Positions 35,831 to 44,916 of a stretch of DNA of 64,000 bases are shown piece by piece. The notes under the pieces were generated by a model that made no database searches, was not told the DNA's origin, and worked only from the letters and a program-made list of their open reading frames with translations. Source of the DNA: Rhodobacterales bacterium (GTDB lineage Bacteria; Pseudomonadota; Alphaproteobacteria; Rhodobacterales; Rhodobacteraceae); contig PDSA01000032.1 of assembly GCA_002748285.1 (NCBI GenBank), positions 6,857 through 70,856 of the forward strand, in the 5' to 3' direction. How positions within the stretch are numbered: position 1 is the first letter of the stretch; every line of letters begins with the position of its first letter. The translations under genes and the position numbers were made by a program.

Positions 35831-37016
35831 CATTGCTGTTCAGATCGGCCAGCGCGTATTTCGCCTTGATGTTCGCCTCGCCCAAAGCGACCTTGCTGAC
35901 CACCGAAGCCCCCTCACCCGCCGGGCCATAGGTTTCGCCATTGACGGCAAAATAAATCGTCCCGGCATAGCCGGTGCGCAATGTCGCCGGGTCTTCAGTT
36001 TTGGGCAGCACATATTTTTCGCCCGGCTGCATGACCTTTTCAAAAATCACCGTGCCCGAGGCCGACCGCACCCGCACCCAAGCCTCTCTGACCGCAAAAA
36101 TCGCCACCTCTGGCACGCCTTCTTCGGTGGTCTTGATCAGCGCCGGATCAGGGCTGAGGGACGGTGCCTCATCGTTGGCCAGATCCCCGGTGGGCAGACC
36201 GGCCATCAACTGACGCAGCTGCGGAGCGCTGACATAGCTGTCGGCGGCCTGGCTATCAAATTGCTGCGGATCCAGCGTGGCAATCGGGCCATCGCGGGCC
36301 ACCATCACCGGCACCTCAAGCGCCTGCGGGCGGTAGAGCCGGTCCAGCGCATCCGGGGTTGGGGTGATGAAATCACTATCCTCATCCACTGCGGCCACCA
36401 CCGCCGGGCTTGGGGCCAGCGGATCAATCACCGGAACCAGGCCCGGAGCTTCCTCGACCGGGGCAAACTGCACGCGCTGCACTTCTTGCAGCACCGACCA
36501 GCCGCCATAGCCAATGCCGCCGATCAGCGCCAGCAGCACCAGCATCGAGCCAATCGCGCCGGGTTCGATCCGGGAAAACGCCGATTCCCGGGCCGGGGCA
36601 AATGCCACATTGGGTTCGGAAATCGGATCGCTGTTCTGACGCGCCGCCCGCGCCGCTTTGGCCGCTGTCAGCGTGGTGCTGGAGGCCTGCGCCGACATGC
36701 CATGCACCGGGGTATAACCGCTTTCCTCGCAGAATTTCTTGAACGCCCATTCCTGGTCCATCCCCAGATAGCGGGCATAAGAGCGCACATAGCCGGCGAT
36801 AAAGCTGGGCGATTCAAAGGCGCTGGGATCGGCGTTTTCAATGGCCGATATATAAGCAGCTTTGATCTTCAGCTCGCGTTGCACGATCAGCAGGGACTTG
36901 CCCAGAGTGGCACGCTCGCCGCGCATCACATCGCCCAGACGCAGATCATAGGAATCGAACCCTCTGACCGGTTCGTCCTGCCCTTGTTCGTCTGACGTGA
37001 AGATACGCCTGATCAT
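35793..37016 (-). CDS. RodZ-like HTH-domain membrane protein with C-terminal DUF4115
   Basis: N-terminal HTH (LGDVMRGERATLGKSLLIVQRELKIKAAYISAIENAD), a single TM helix (GAIGSMLVLLALIGGIGYGGW), a Pro/Ala-rich linker and a C-terminal beta-rich domain. Confidence 0.75.
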   Translation of the reverse strand: MIRRIFTSDEQGQDEPVRGFDSYDLRLGDVMRGERATLGKSLLIVQRELKIKAAYISAIENADPSAFESPSFIAGYVRSYARYLGMDQEWAFKKFCEESGYTPVHGMSAQASSTTLTAAKAARAARQNSDPISEPNVAFAPARESAFSRIEPGAIGSMLVLLALIGGIGYGGWSVLQEVQRVQFAPVEEAPGLVPVIDPLAPSPAVVAAVDEDSDFITPTPDALDRLYRPQALEVPVMVARDGPIATLDPQQFDSQAADSYVSAPQLRQLMAGLPTGDLANDEAPSLSPDPALIKTTEEGVPEVAIFAVREAWVRVRSASGTVIFEKVMQPGEKYVLPKTEDPATLRTGYAGTIYFAVNGETYGPAGEGASVVSKVALGEANIKAKYALADLNSNEELRRVVAELSQ

Positions 37017-37152
37017 TGGCCTGCTCCTGCCCTGCTCTCACCCTAGCTATGCAACCAGTGGCTGTTCCCCGTCCAGCACTACGATTCGCCCTGAATCTGC
37101 GCTGTTAGGGCTTTGGTAACACAACATGATGGGTATTGCACGTTTTCAATCG

Positions 37153-38376
37153 CTAACCGGTTAATTCGGCACGATTCAGCGCACATTGCGACCAGAGGTC
37201 ATCCAGCGCGCTGACAAGAGCGTCAATATCCTTGGGGCTATGCACAGGTGACGGGGTAAAGCGCAGCCGCTCGGTGCCCCGTGGCACGGTGGGGAAATTG
37301 ATGGGCTGCACATAGATCCCGTAATCCTGCAACAGCTTGTCCGAGATCATTTTGCATTTGACCGGATCGCCCACATGCACCGGCACGATATGGGTGCCGT
37401 GATCAATGATCGGCAGGCCCATTGCCTTCAGCCGGTCTTTCAGAATGCGGGCATGAGTCTGTTGCAGCTCGCGCAGATGCGGGTCGGTTTTCAGATGTTT
37501 CACCGAAGCCGCCGCCCCAGCCGCAACTGCAGGTGGCAGGCTGGTGGTAAAGATGAAGCCCGGCGCATAAGAACGGATCGCATCCGCCATTTTCGCCGTG
37601 GTGGCGATATAGCCGCCCATCACGCCAAAGGCTTTGCCCAGCGTGCCGTTGATGATGTCAATGCGCCCCATCAGCCCGTCACGTTCAGCCACCCCGCCGC
37701 CATGGGGGCCATACATGCCAACAGCATGGACTTCGTCGATATAGGTCAGAGCGTTGAACTCATCGGCCAGATCGAGGATTTGTTCGATTGGCCCAAAATC
37801 CCCATCCATCGAGTAAATCGATTCAAACGCGATCAGCTTGGGCTGATCCGGGTCCAGCGCCTCCAGCAGCTCACGCAGATGCGCCACATCATTATGCCGC
37901 CAAATCCGCTTTTCGCAGCGGCCATTGCGGATGCCCTGAATCATCGAAGCGTGGTTCAGCTCATCCGACAGGATCACCAAGCCGGGGAACAGCTTGGGCA
38001 GGGTCGAGAGCGTCGCATCATTGGCGATATAGGCCGAGGTAAACACCAGCGCGGCTTCTTTCTGATGCAGATCGGCCAACTCGGCCTCCAGCGCCTTGTG
38101 ATAGATCGTGGTGCCCGAGATATTGCGGGTGCCGCCCGAACCAGCCCCGGCAGAATTCAGCGCCTCATGCATGGCCTCAAGCACATGCGGATGCTGGCCC
38201 ATGCCCAGATAATCATTGCCACACCAGACGGTGATCGGCTTTTCCTGCCCATCGGGCTGCCGCCAGATGGCCTGCGGAAAAGCGCCCTTGCTGCGTTCAA
38301 TGTCAATGAAAGTGCGATACCGGCCCTCATCGTGCAAACGCTTCAGGCTTTCGTCAATTTTCGCTGTGTAGTCCAC
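37153..38376 (-). CDS. hemA: 5-aminolevulinate synthase
   Basis: [42 protein letters not shown], and PLP-lysine context GTLGKAFG. This is the alpha-oxoamine synthase family in its ALAS form. Confidence 0.95.
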   Translation of the reverse strand: MDYTAKIDESLKRLHDEGRYRTFIDIERSKGAFPQAIWRQPDGQEKPITVWCGNDYLGMGQHPHVLEAMHEALNSAGAGSGGTRNISGTTIYHKALEAELADLHQKEAALVFTSAYIANDATLSTLPKLFPGLVILSDELNHASMIQGIRNGRCEKRIWRHNDVAHLRELLEALDPDQPKLIAFESIYSMDGDFGPIEQILDLADEFNALTYIDEVHAVGMYGPHGGGVAERDGLMGRIDIINGTLGKAFGVMGGYIATTAKMADAIRSYAPGFIFTTSLPPAVAAGAAASVKHLKTDPHLRELQQTHARILKDRLKAMGLPIIDHGTHIVPVHVGDPVKCKMISDKLLQDYGIYVQPINFPTVPRGTERLRFTPSPVHSPKDIDALVSALDDLWSQCALNRAELTG

Positions 38377-38482
38377 TGTCTGGCTCCGCTACTTATGCAC
38401 GCGACAGACTCGCGCACATTTTACTGGCTGATTCACGTCCTATCCCTAATGGGACTTTAAAGGAAGACCACATATTGTCGCC

Positions 38483-38496
38483 TTGACAAAGATCAA
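38483..38496. promoter_or_regulatory. FNR/FnrL-type binding site candidate in the hemA-gloB divergent intergenic region
   Basis: TTGAC-AAAG-ATCAA matches 9 of the 10 specified positions of the TTGAT-N4-ATCAA consensus. Centred about 113 nt upstream of the hemA ATG. Confidence 0.45.
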
Positions 38497-38665
38497 TTTC
38501 AAGCGGTATTTTTAAAACTCTTCTAAAAAACCGGCCCGCCGCTTCCCTTTGCCGCAGATCCGCGCAGGCACCGCTAAGATTTTTCGCAAATTCTTATCGC
38601 CCGATATTGCGCCGCCCCCGGCAATGCGCAACACTGCCCATGACGCACACGCAAAAGGATACCCC

Positions 38666-39487
38666 ATGGCGCTGGAAATCATCACAATCCCCTGCCTGTC
38701 GGACAATTACGCCTTTTTGCTGCATGATGCGCCAAGCGGCCAGACCGCGCTGGTGGATGCCCCCGAGGCCGAGCCGATCCGCCAGCAGCTGCGCGACCGT
38801 GGCTGGCGGCTGAGCCATATCCTGATCACCCACCACCATTGGGACCATGTCGAAGCCGTAGAACCGCTACGTCAGGAATTCGGGGCCAAAGTGATCGGAG
38901 CCGCCGATGATGCCCATCGCTTGCCGCCGCTGGATCTGGCCGTGCAGGCCGGTGATGAGATCCAGATCGGCAACCACAGCGGCAAAGTCATCGCCGTTCC
39001 CGGCCACACCACCGGCCATATCGCCTATCATTTCCCCGACTCCGCCGCGCTGTTCAGTGCCGACAGCCTGATGGCCTTGGGCTGTGGCCGGCTGTTTGAA
39101 GGCAGCGCCGAACAGATGTGGCACAGCCTGCAACAGCTGATGGCCCTGCCCCCGCAGACCATGGTCTATTCCGGCCATGAATATACCGCCGACAATTCCG
39201 GCTTTGCCTATTCGATCGAGCCAAACAACCCGGCCCTGCGCCAGCGCATCTGCCATATCGTCAACGCCCGCGCTCAGGGTCAGGCCACCGTGCCCTCGCA
39301 GCTGGCCGAAGAAATCGCCACAAACCCGTTCCTGCGCCCCGATTCCCGCGAAATCCGCGCCCAACTGGGCATGGAAACCGCCAGCGATCTGGCCGTGTTT
39401 ACCGAAATTCGCCGCCGCAAGGACAATTTCAAAAGCATCGGCGCCCCCGATCTTGGCCCCGCTCCTGATGAGGAAGCCGAAATTTGA
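38666..39487 (+). CDS. gloB: hydroxyacylglutathione hydrolase (glyoxalase II)
   Basis: Metallo-beta-lactamase motif ITHHHWDHV, CLSDNYAFLL N-terminus and GHTTGHI. Start at ATG 38666. There is a roughly 17-aa acidic C-terminal extension. Confidence 0.9.
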   Translation: MALEIITIPCLSDNYAFLLHDAPSGQTALVDAPEAEPIRQQLRDRGWRLSHILITHHHWDHVEAVEPLRQEFGAKVIGAADDAHRLPPLDLAVQAGDEIQIGNHSGKVIAVPGHTTGHIAYHFPDSAALFSADSLMALGCGRLFEGSAEQMWHSLQQLMALPPQTMVYSGHEYTADNSGFAYSIEPNNPALRQRICHIVNARAQGQATVPSQLAEEIATNPFLRPDSREIRAQLGMETASDLAVFTEIRRRKDNFKSIGAPDLGPAPDEEAEI

Positions 39488-39579
39488 ATAAACTCCTTGA
39501 AGTTCCCCGCAATCATACCGAACTTTAACCATATCCGCCGATAACCGGACCAGAAAACCAATTCGAAGGAGCGCAGAGC

Positions 39580-41901
39580 GTGCCGTCATTTTCAAACAGC
39601 TTAGAGCAAGCCATCCACTCGGCCCTGGCCTTGGCCAATGGGCGCAAACATGAACTGGCCACGTTGGAGCATCTGCTGCTGTCGCTGATTGACGAGCCAG
39701 ATGCGGCCCGGGTGATGCAGGCATGCGGTGTCGATCTGAACCAGCTGCGCAAGGTGCTGGTCGACTTTATCGACGATGATCTGGCCACGCTGGAAACCAC
39801 GGTTGAGGGCTCCGAAGCCGTGCCGACCGCCGCTTTTCAACGGGTGATCCAGCGCGCCGCCATCCATGTGCAATCCAGCGGCCGCACCGAGGTCACCGGA
39901 GCCAATGTGCTGGTCGCCATCTTTGCCGAACGCGAATCCAACGCCGCCTATTTCCTGCAAAATCAGGGGATGAGCCGCTATGACGCGGTCAATTTCATCG
40001 CCCATGGGGTAGCCAAAGACGGCGATTTTGCCGAATCCCGCCCCGTCACCGGCACCGATTTCAATCAGGACGCCTTTGAAGGCGATGCCCAAGAGCATCA
40101 AAAAGAAAGCGCGCTGGAAAAATACTGCGTCGATCTGAACGCAAAATCCTTCCAAGGCGCGATTGATCCGCTGATCGGGCGCGTTGACGAGGTCGAGCGC
40201 TGCATTCAGGTGCTGTGCCGCCGGCGCAAGAACAACCCGGTTCTGGTGGGCGATCCCGGCGTGGGCAAAACCGCCATCGCCGAGGGGCTGGCCCGCAAGA
40301 TCGTCGCCGGAGAAACCCCGGAAGTGCTGGCCAACACCACGATCTATTCGCTGGATCTGGGGGCTCTGCTGGCCGGCACCCGCTATCGCGGTGATTTCGA
40401 AGAACGCCTCAAGGAAGTGATGAAAGAGCTCGAGGACCATGATGATGCGGTGCTGTTCATCGACGAAATTCACACCATCATTGGGGCTGGCGCGACTTCG
40501 GGCGGGGCGATGGATGCTTCGAACCTGCTGAAACCGGCCTTGCAGGGGGGCAAGCTGCGCTGCATGGGCTCGACCACCTATAAGGAATACCGCCAGCATT
40601 TCGAAAAAGACCGCGCTCTGGCCCGGCGGTTTCAGAAAATCGACGTTTATGAGCCCTCGGTCGAGGACACCATCAAGATCCTCAAAGGGGTCAAAAGCTA
40701 TTTTGAGGATCACCACGGCATCCGCTACACCATGGAGGCGATCAAGACCGCGGTCGAACTATCGGCCCGCTATATGAGCGACCGCAAGCTGCCAGATAAG
40801 GCGATTGACGTGATCGACGAGGCCGGCGCGGCACAGCGTTTGCTGCCCGAAAGCAAGCGGCGCAAAACCATTGGCGTGCGTGAAATCGAAGCGGTGATCT
40901 CCAAACTCGCCCGCATCCCGGCCAAAACGGTCTCCAAAAACGACACCGAAGTTTTGCGCGATCTTGAGGCTTCGCTGAAAAGGGTGGTGTTTGGTCAGGA
41001 TCCGGCGATTGAGGCGCTCGCCTCCGCGATCAAACTGGCTCGCGCCGGGTTGCGCGAGCCGGAAAAGCCGATCGGCAACTATCTGTTCGCCGGCCCCACC
41101 GGGGTGGGCAAAACCGAGGTGGCCAAACAACTGGCCGACAATCTCGGGGTCGAACTGCTGCGCTTTGACATGTCGGAATATATGGAAAAACACGCGGTGT
41201 CGCGGCTGATCGGGGCGCCTCCGGGCTATGTCGGCTTTGATCAGGGCGGCTTGCTGACCGATGGGGTCGATCAGCACCCCCATTGCGTGTTGCTGCTGGA
41301 CGAAATGGAAAAAGCCCACCCGGATGTTTACAACATCCTGTTGCAGGTGATGGATAACGGCAAGCTGACCGACCATAATGGCCGCGAGGTGGATTTTCAC
41401 AATGTGATCCTGATCATGACCTCCAATGCCGGAGCCGCCGAGATGGCCAAGGAGGCCATCGGCTTTGGCCGCGACCGGCGCGAGGGCGAGGACACCGCCG
41501 CGATTGAACGCAGCTTCAGCCCCGAATTCCGCAACCGTCTGGATGCGGTGATCAGCTTTGCGCCGCTGGGCCGGCAGGTGATTGCACAAGTGGTCGAAAA
41601 ATTCGTGCTGCAACTGGAAGCGCAGCTGCTGGAACGCAATGTTTCAATCGAGCTGAGCAAAGCGGCTGCCGATTGGCTGGGCGAGCGCGGCTATGACGAC
41701 AAGATGGGCGCCCGCCCGTTGGGCCGGGTGATTCAGGAGCATGTCAAAAAACCGCTGGCCGAAGAGCTGCTGTTTGGCAAGCTGGCCAAGGGTGGCTTGG
41801 TCAAGGTTGGCGTGCGGGACGGGAAGCTGCATCTTGAGATTCTGCCGGTGCAAAAACGCAGGCTGTCGGGGGAAAAACCACCGCTACTGACAGCCGAATG
41901 A
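39580..41901 (+). CDS. clpA: ATP-dependent Clp protease ATP-binding subunit ClpA
   Basis: Clp N-domain repeats and two AAA modules ([15 protein letters not shown] and [15 protein letters not shown]). GTG start with GAAGGAG upstream. Confidence 0.97.
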   Translation: MPSFSNSLEQAIHSALALANGRKHELATLEHLLLSLIDEPDAARVMQACGVDLNQLRKVLVDFIDDDLATLETTVEGSEAVPTAAFQRVIQRAAIHVQSSGRTEVTGANVLVAIFAERESNAAYFLQNQGMSRYDAVNFIAHGVAKDGDFAESRPVTGTDFNQDAFEGDAQEHQKESALEKYCVDLNAKSFQGAIDPLIGRVDEVERCIQVLCRRRKNNPVLVGDPGVGKTAIAEGLARKIVAGETPEVLANTTIYSLDLGALLAGTRYRGDFEERLKEVMKELEDHDDAVLFIDEIHTIIGAGATSGGAMDASNLLKPALQGGKLRCMGSTTYKEYRQHFEKDRALARRFQKIDVYEPSVEDTIKILKGVKSYFEDHHGIRYTMEAIKTAVELSARYMSDRKLPDKAIDVIDEAGAAQRLLPESKRRKTIGVREIEAVISKLARIPAKTVSKNDTEVLRDLEASLKRVVFGQDPAIEALASAIKLARAGLREPEKPIGNYLFAGPTGVGKTEVAKQLADNLGVELLRFDMSEYMEKHAVSRLIGAPPGYVGFDQGGLLTDGVDQHPHCVLLLDEMEKAHPDVYNILLQVMDNGKLTDHNGREVDFHNVILIMTSNAGAAEMAKEAIGFGRDRREGEDTAAIERSFSPEFRNRLDAVISFAPLGRQVIAQVVEKFVLQLEAQLLERNVSIELSKAAADWLGERGYDDKMGARPLGRVIQEHVKKPLAEELLFGKLAKGGLVKVGVRDGKLHLEILPVQKRRLSGEKPPLLTAE

Positions 41902-42866
41902 TCCGCGCCGCACTCACGGCCGGGCTGTTTTGCACCGCCCTGCCCGCACTGGCTGACCCTCCGCAGCTGAGCCTGCCGATTGACTGCCAGCTGGGCGTGG
42001 ATTGCTATGTGCAGCATTATGTTGACCGCGACCCGGGGCCGGGGGTGCAGGATTTCCACTGTGGCAAACGCAGCTATGACGGCCATAAAGGCACCGATTT
42101 CGCCCTGACCAGCCTTGCGGCCATGCAAAGCGGCGTCAATGTGCTGGCCGCCACCGATGGCACCGTGAAAGCCCGGCGCGATTCGATGCCGGATGTGTTT
42201 CAGGGCCGCCCGGACGCCCCGGATGTCAGTGGGCGGGAATGCGGCAATGGAGTGGTGATCGACCACGGCGGGGGCTGGGAAAGTCAGTATTGCCATCTCA
42301 AACGCGGCTCGATCCGGGTTGAGCCCGGCCAGACGGTCAACGCCGGGGCCATCTTGGGTCAGGTCGGGGCAAGTGGGCAAAGCCAGTTTCCGCATCTGCA
42401 TCTGGTCTTGCGCCATGATGGGGCGGTGATCGACCCTTTCGATGCCGATCAGGATCTGGTCTGCAATGACCCAAAGCCAGACAATATCTGGAAAGATCCG
42501 CTGCCCTATACCCCCGGCGGGCTGATCGCGCTGGGGTTTGACAGCAAAATGCCCGCCTATGCCCGGATCAAAGCCGGCGAGGCCGCGCATCCCCATCTCC
42601 CGGCCAAAGCGCCCGCGATTGTGCTCTGGGCCTATGCCTATGACAGCCAGCCGGGTGATGTGCTGATCCTTGAAATCAACGGCCCGCAGGGGCAGCTGAT
42701 CCGGCATGAAAGCCAGTTGAAAAAGCATCAGGATCAGTTTTTCCGCGCCGCCGGCAAACGCAACAAAACCGGCCACTGGCCCAAAGGTGCCTATCAGGGC
42801 CGCGCCATTTTGCAACGCGGCAATAAGGTTCTGGATCAGCGGCGGGTCAAACTCACAATCCCATAA
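41898..42866 (+). CDS. M23-family metallopeptidase (LytM-like)
   Basis: Signal peptide, HKGTDFA (HxxxD) and FPHLHLVLRH (HxH). The ATG overlaps the clpA stop (ATGA). Confidence 0.85.
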   Translation: MIRAALTAGLFCTALPALADPPQLSLPIDCQLGVDCYVQHYVDRDPGPGVQDFHCGKRSYDGHKGTDFALTSLAAMQSGVNVLAATDGTVKARRDSMPDVFQGRPDAPDVSGRECGNGVVIDHGGGWESQYCHLKRGSIRVEPGQTVNAGAILGQVGASGQSQFPHLHLVLRHDGAVIDPFDADQDLVCNDPKPDNIWKDPLPYTPGGLIALGFDSKMPAYARIKAGEAAHPHLPAKAPAIVLWAYAYDSQPGDVLILEINGPQGQLIRHESQLKKHQDQFFRAAGKRNKTGHWPKGAYQGRAILQRGNKVLDQRRVKLTIP

Positions 42867-42870
42867 CTCC

Positions 42871-44913
42871 CTAGCGCTCGGTCAGCTTTAACTCGATCCG
42901 GCGGTTCTGCGCCCGCGCCTCGGGGGTGTTTGCCCGGTTGACCGGCTGGTATTGCCCAAAGCCATTGGCGGTGAGCCGCTCGGGCGGAATGCCCAGCTCT
43001 TGCGACATATAGCGCACCACCGACAGCGCCCGCCCCTGGCTGAGCTCCCAATTATCGCGATACCGCCCCGCCCCGCTCAGCGGCACATTGTCGGTATGCC
43101 CATCCACCCGGATCACCCAATCAATTTCCGGCGGAATGTCATCGGAAATCCGGCGCAACAACCCGGCGATGCGGGCGATTTGCACCTTGCCTTCCTCCAA
43201 CAGATCAACCGAGCCCGACGCAAACAACACCTCCGAAGAAAACACGAACCTGTCGCCCTCGATCCGCACCCCCTCCTGAGTGCCCAACACATCGCGCAAA
43301 CGGCCAAAAAATTCGGATTTATAGCGTTTCAGATCCTTGGCCTCAGCCTCAATGCGCTTACGTTCGGCCTCCTCCAGCTGACGGCGGCGTTTTTCCTCGG
43401 CCGCAGCCCGGGCCAGAGCGGTGTTCAGCTTGGCCCCCAACGCCTGCACCTGCACATTGGCGGCGGCATCTTTGGCCGCTGATTCATCCAGCAACGCCTG
43501 CAACTGCCCCATCTCGGCGCGCAAAGCCGCCACCTGCTGGTTGAGCAACGCCAGCTGGCGCTGATCCTCAGCACTTTTGGCCTCAGCCTCGGACAGTTTG
43601 CCCTGAGCGGTGGCCAGCAAGAGCTGCTTTTTCTCGGCTTCGCTCAGCCGGGTTTCGGCTTGCTTTTCAGCGGCCAGCTTGGCGGCCAGAGCGGCGGTGA
43701 GCTGATCACGCAGGCTCTGGCTATCGCTGTTGGCGGTTTCGCGGGCGGCCAGAGCTGCAGCGAGTTTTTCGCGCAACGCATCGCTGTCGGTTTGGGCGGC
43801 GGTATTGGCGGCCAGAGCCTCGGCCAGTTTGGTGCGCAAGGTTTCATTATCGGTCTTGACTTCGGATTGCGCCGCAAGGGCCGCAGAAAGCTGGTCGCGC
43901 AACGCCGCACTATCAGTTTTGGCATCCGAACTGGCCGCCAAAGCCGCCGCCAGCTGATCACGCAGCGCCGCGCTGTCGCTGTTGGCCGTTTCAAGCTTCT
44001 GGCGCAAATCCGCAGTGTCGTCTTTCGCCGTCGACGCGGCCAGCAGCGCCGCCGCCAGCCGCGCATCCAGGTCGGCCTCGGCCGCTTTGGCCGCCGCCAG
44101 CAGGGTCAGAGTGTCTTCGGCCTGTTTGCGTTTTTCCTCCAGCGCCAGCGTCATCGCCGTCAGTTCCGTATCGGCATTTTTCAGGCGCTCACGCAGTGCC
44201 TCGGCCGCGGCGGCTTCGGCCAGACGTGCCTTTTCAGCATCGCTCAACTGGCCCTGAAGCGCGGCCAGATCGGCCTCTTTTGACGCCCCGCGCCCGCGCA
44301 AATCCGCCACCAGCGCCTTGAGCGCCTCCTGACGCGCGGCCGCCAGCCGGGCCTGCTGCTTTTTCAAATCAACTTCGTCACGCACTTTCGCCAGCGCCAA
44401 CTCCAGCGCCTGACGTTCCGAGGTCAGCTGATCATGGCGCCCCTGCAAATCGCTCAGTTGATCCTGCAAGCGCTGCCCCTGCCCCAGCGCCGCATCGCGT
44501 TCGCTCAGCAGGCTGGCGACCTGAGCCTCAAAGCTGCTGATCTGGCTTTGCTGCTGTGCCAGCTGCTCGGCCTGCGCACTGCTTTTCGCCGTCAGGCTGG
44601 CAATCAACGCCAGCTGCTCGCTGACCTGATTTTGCGCCTCGTCCAGCGCCCCCCCCACTTGGGTCAGATCCCTTTGCAAATCCCGGCTGCGCTGCTGTTC
44701 CAACCCCAGCGCATCGGCCAGGCTGACGATCTGGGCGCTGAGGTCATCCAGCTCGCTTTCCTGCCCGGTGATGGTTTCGCGCAGCACGAACTGCACCACC
44801 ATGAAAATGGTCAGCACAAACATCAGCACAAGCAGCAGCGCCGTCATCGCATCGACAAATCCGGGCCAGATCGATGCCTGAAAGCGCTGCCCAGTGCGGC
44901 GGCTGAGCGACAT
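42871..44913 (-). CDS. MotB/OmpA-family protein: N-terminal MotB-like TM helix, ~480-residue coiled coil, C-terminal OmpA-like peptidoglycan-binding domain
   Basis: WPGFVDAMTALLLVLMFVL aligns with E. coli MotB YADFMTAMMAFF, including the invariant Asp (D21 here). Residues ~50-540 are Ala/Leu/Gln/Glu/Arg-rich and helical. The C-terminus reads VDGHTDNVPL...LSQGRALSVVRYM...NRRIELKL. GGGGAGGGG lies upstream of the ATG, which sits 3 nt after the MotA-like stop. Confidence 0.85.
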   Translation of the reverse strand: MSLSRRTGQRFQASIWPGFVDAMTALLLVLMFVLTIFMVVQFVLRETITGQESELDDLSAQIVSLADALGLEQQRSRDLQRDLTQVGGALDEAQNQVSEQLALIASLTAKSSAQAEQLAQQQSQISSFEAQVASLLSERDAALGQGQRLQDQLSDLQGRHDQLTSERQALELALAKVRDEVDLKKQQARLAAARQEALKALVADLRGRGASKEADLAALQGQLSDAEKARLAEAAAAEALRERLKNADTELTAMTLALEEKRKQAEDTLTLLAAAKAAEADLDARLAAALLAASTAKDDTADLRQKLETANSDSAALRDQLAAALAASSDAKTDSAALRDQLSAALAAQSEVKTDNETLRTKLAEALAANTAAQTDSDALREKLAAALAARETANSDSQSLRDQLTAALAAKLAAEKQAETRLSEAEKKQLLLATAQGKLSEAEAKSAEDQRQLALLNQQVAALRAEMGQLQALLDESAAKDAAANVQVQALGAKLNTALARAAAEEKRRRQLEEAERKRIEAEAKDLKRYKSEFFGRLRDVLGTQEGVRIEGDRFVFSSEVLFASGSVDLLEEGKVQIARIAGLLRRISDDIPPEIDWVIRVDGHTDNVPLSGAGRYRDNWELSQGRALSVVRYMSQELGIPPERLTANGFGQYQPVNRANTPEARAQNRRIELKLTER
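43657..44016. repeat. in-frame tandem repeat, about five and a half units of 63 bp (21 aa), inside the coiled-coil gene
   Basis: Protein residues ~300-419: TADLRQKLETANSDS / AALRDQLAAALAASSDAKTDS / AALRDQLSAALAAQSEVKTDN / ETLRTKLAEALAANTAAQTDS / DALREKLAAALAARETANSDS / QSLRDQLTAALAAKLAAEKQA. Confidence 0.8.
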
Positions 44914-44916
44914 GGC

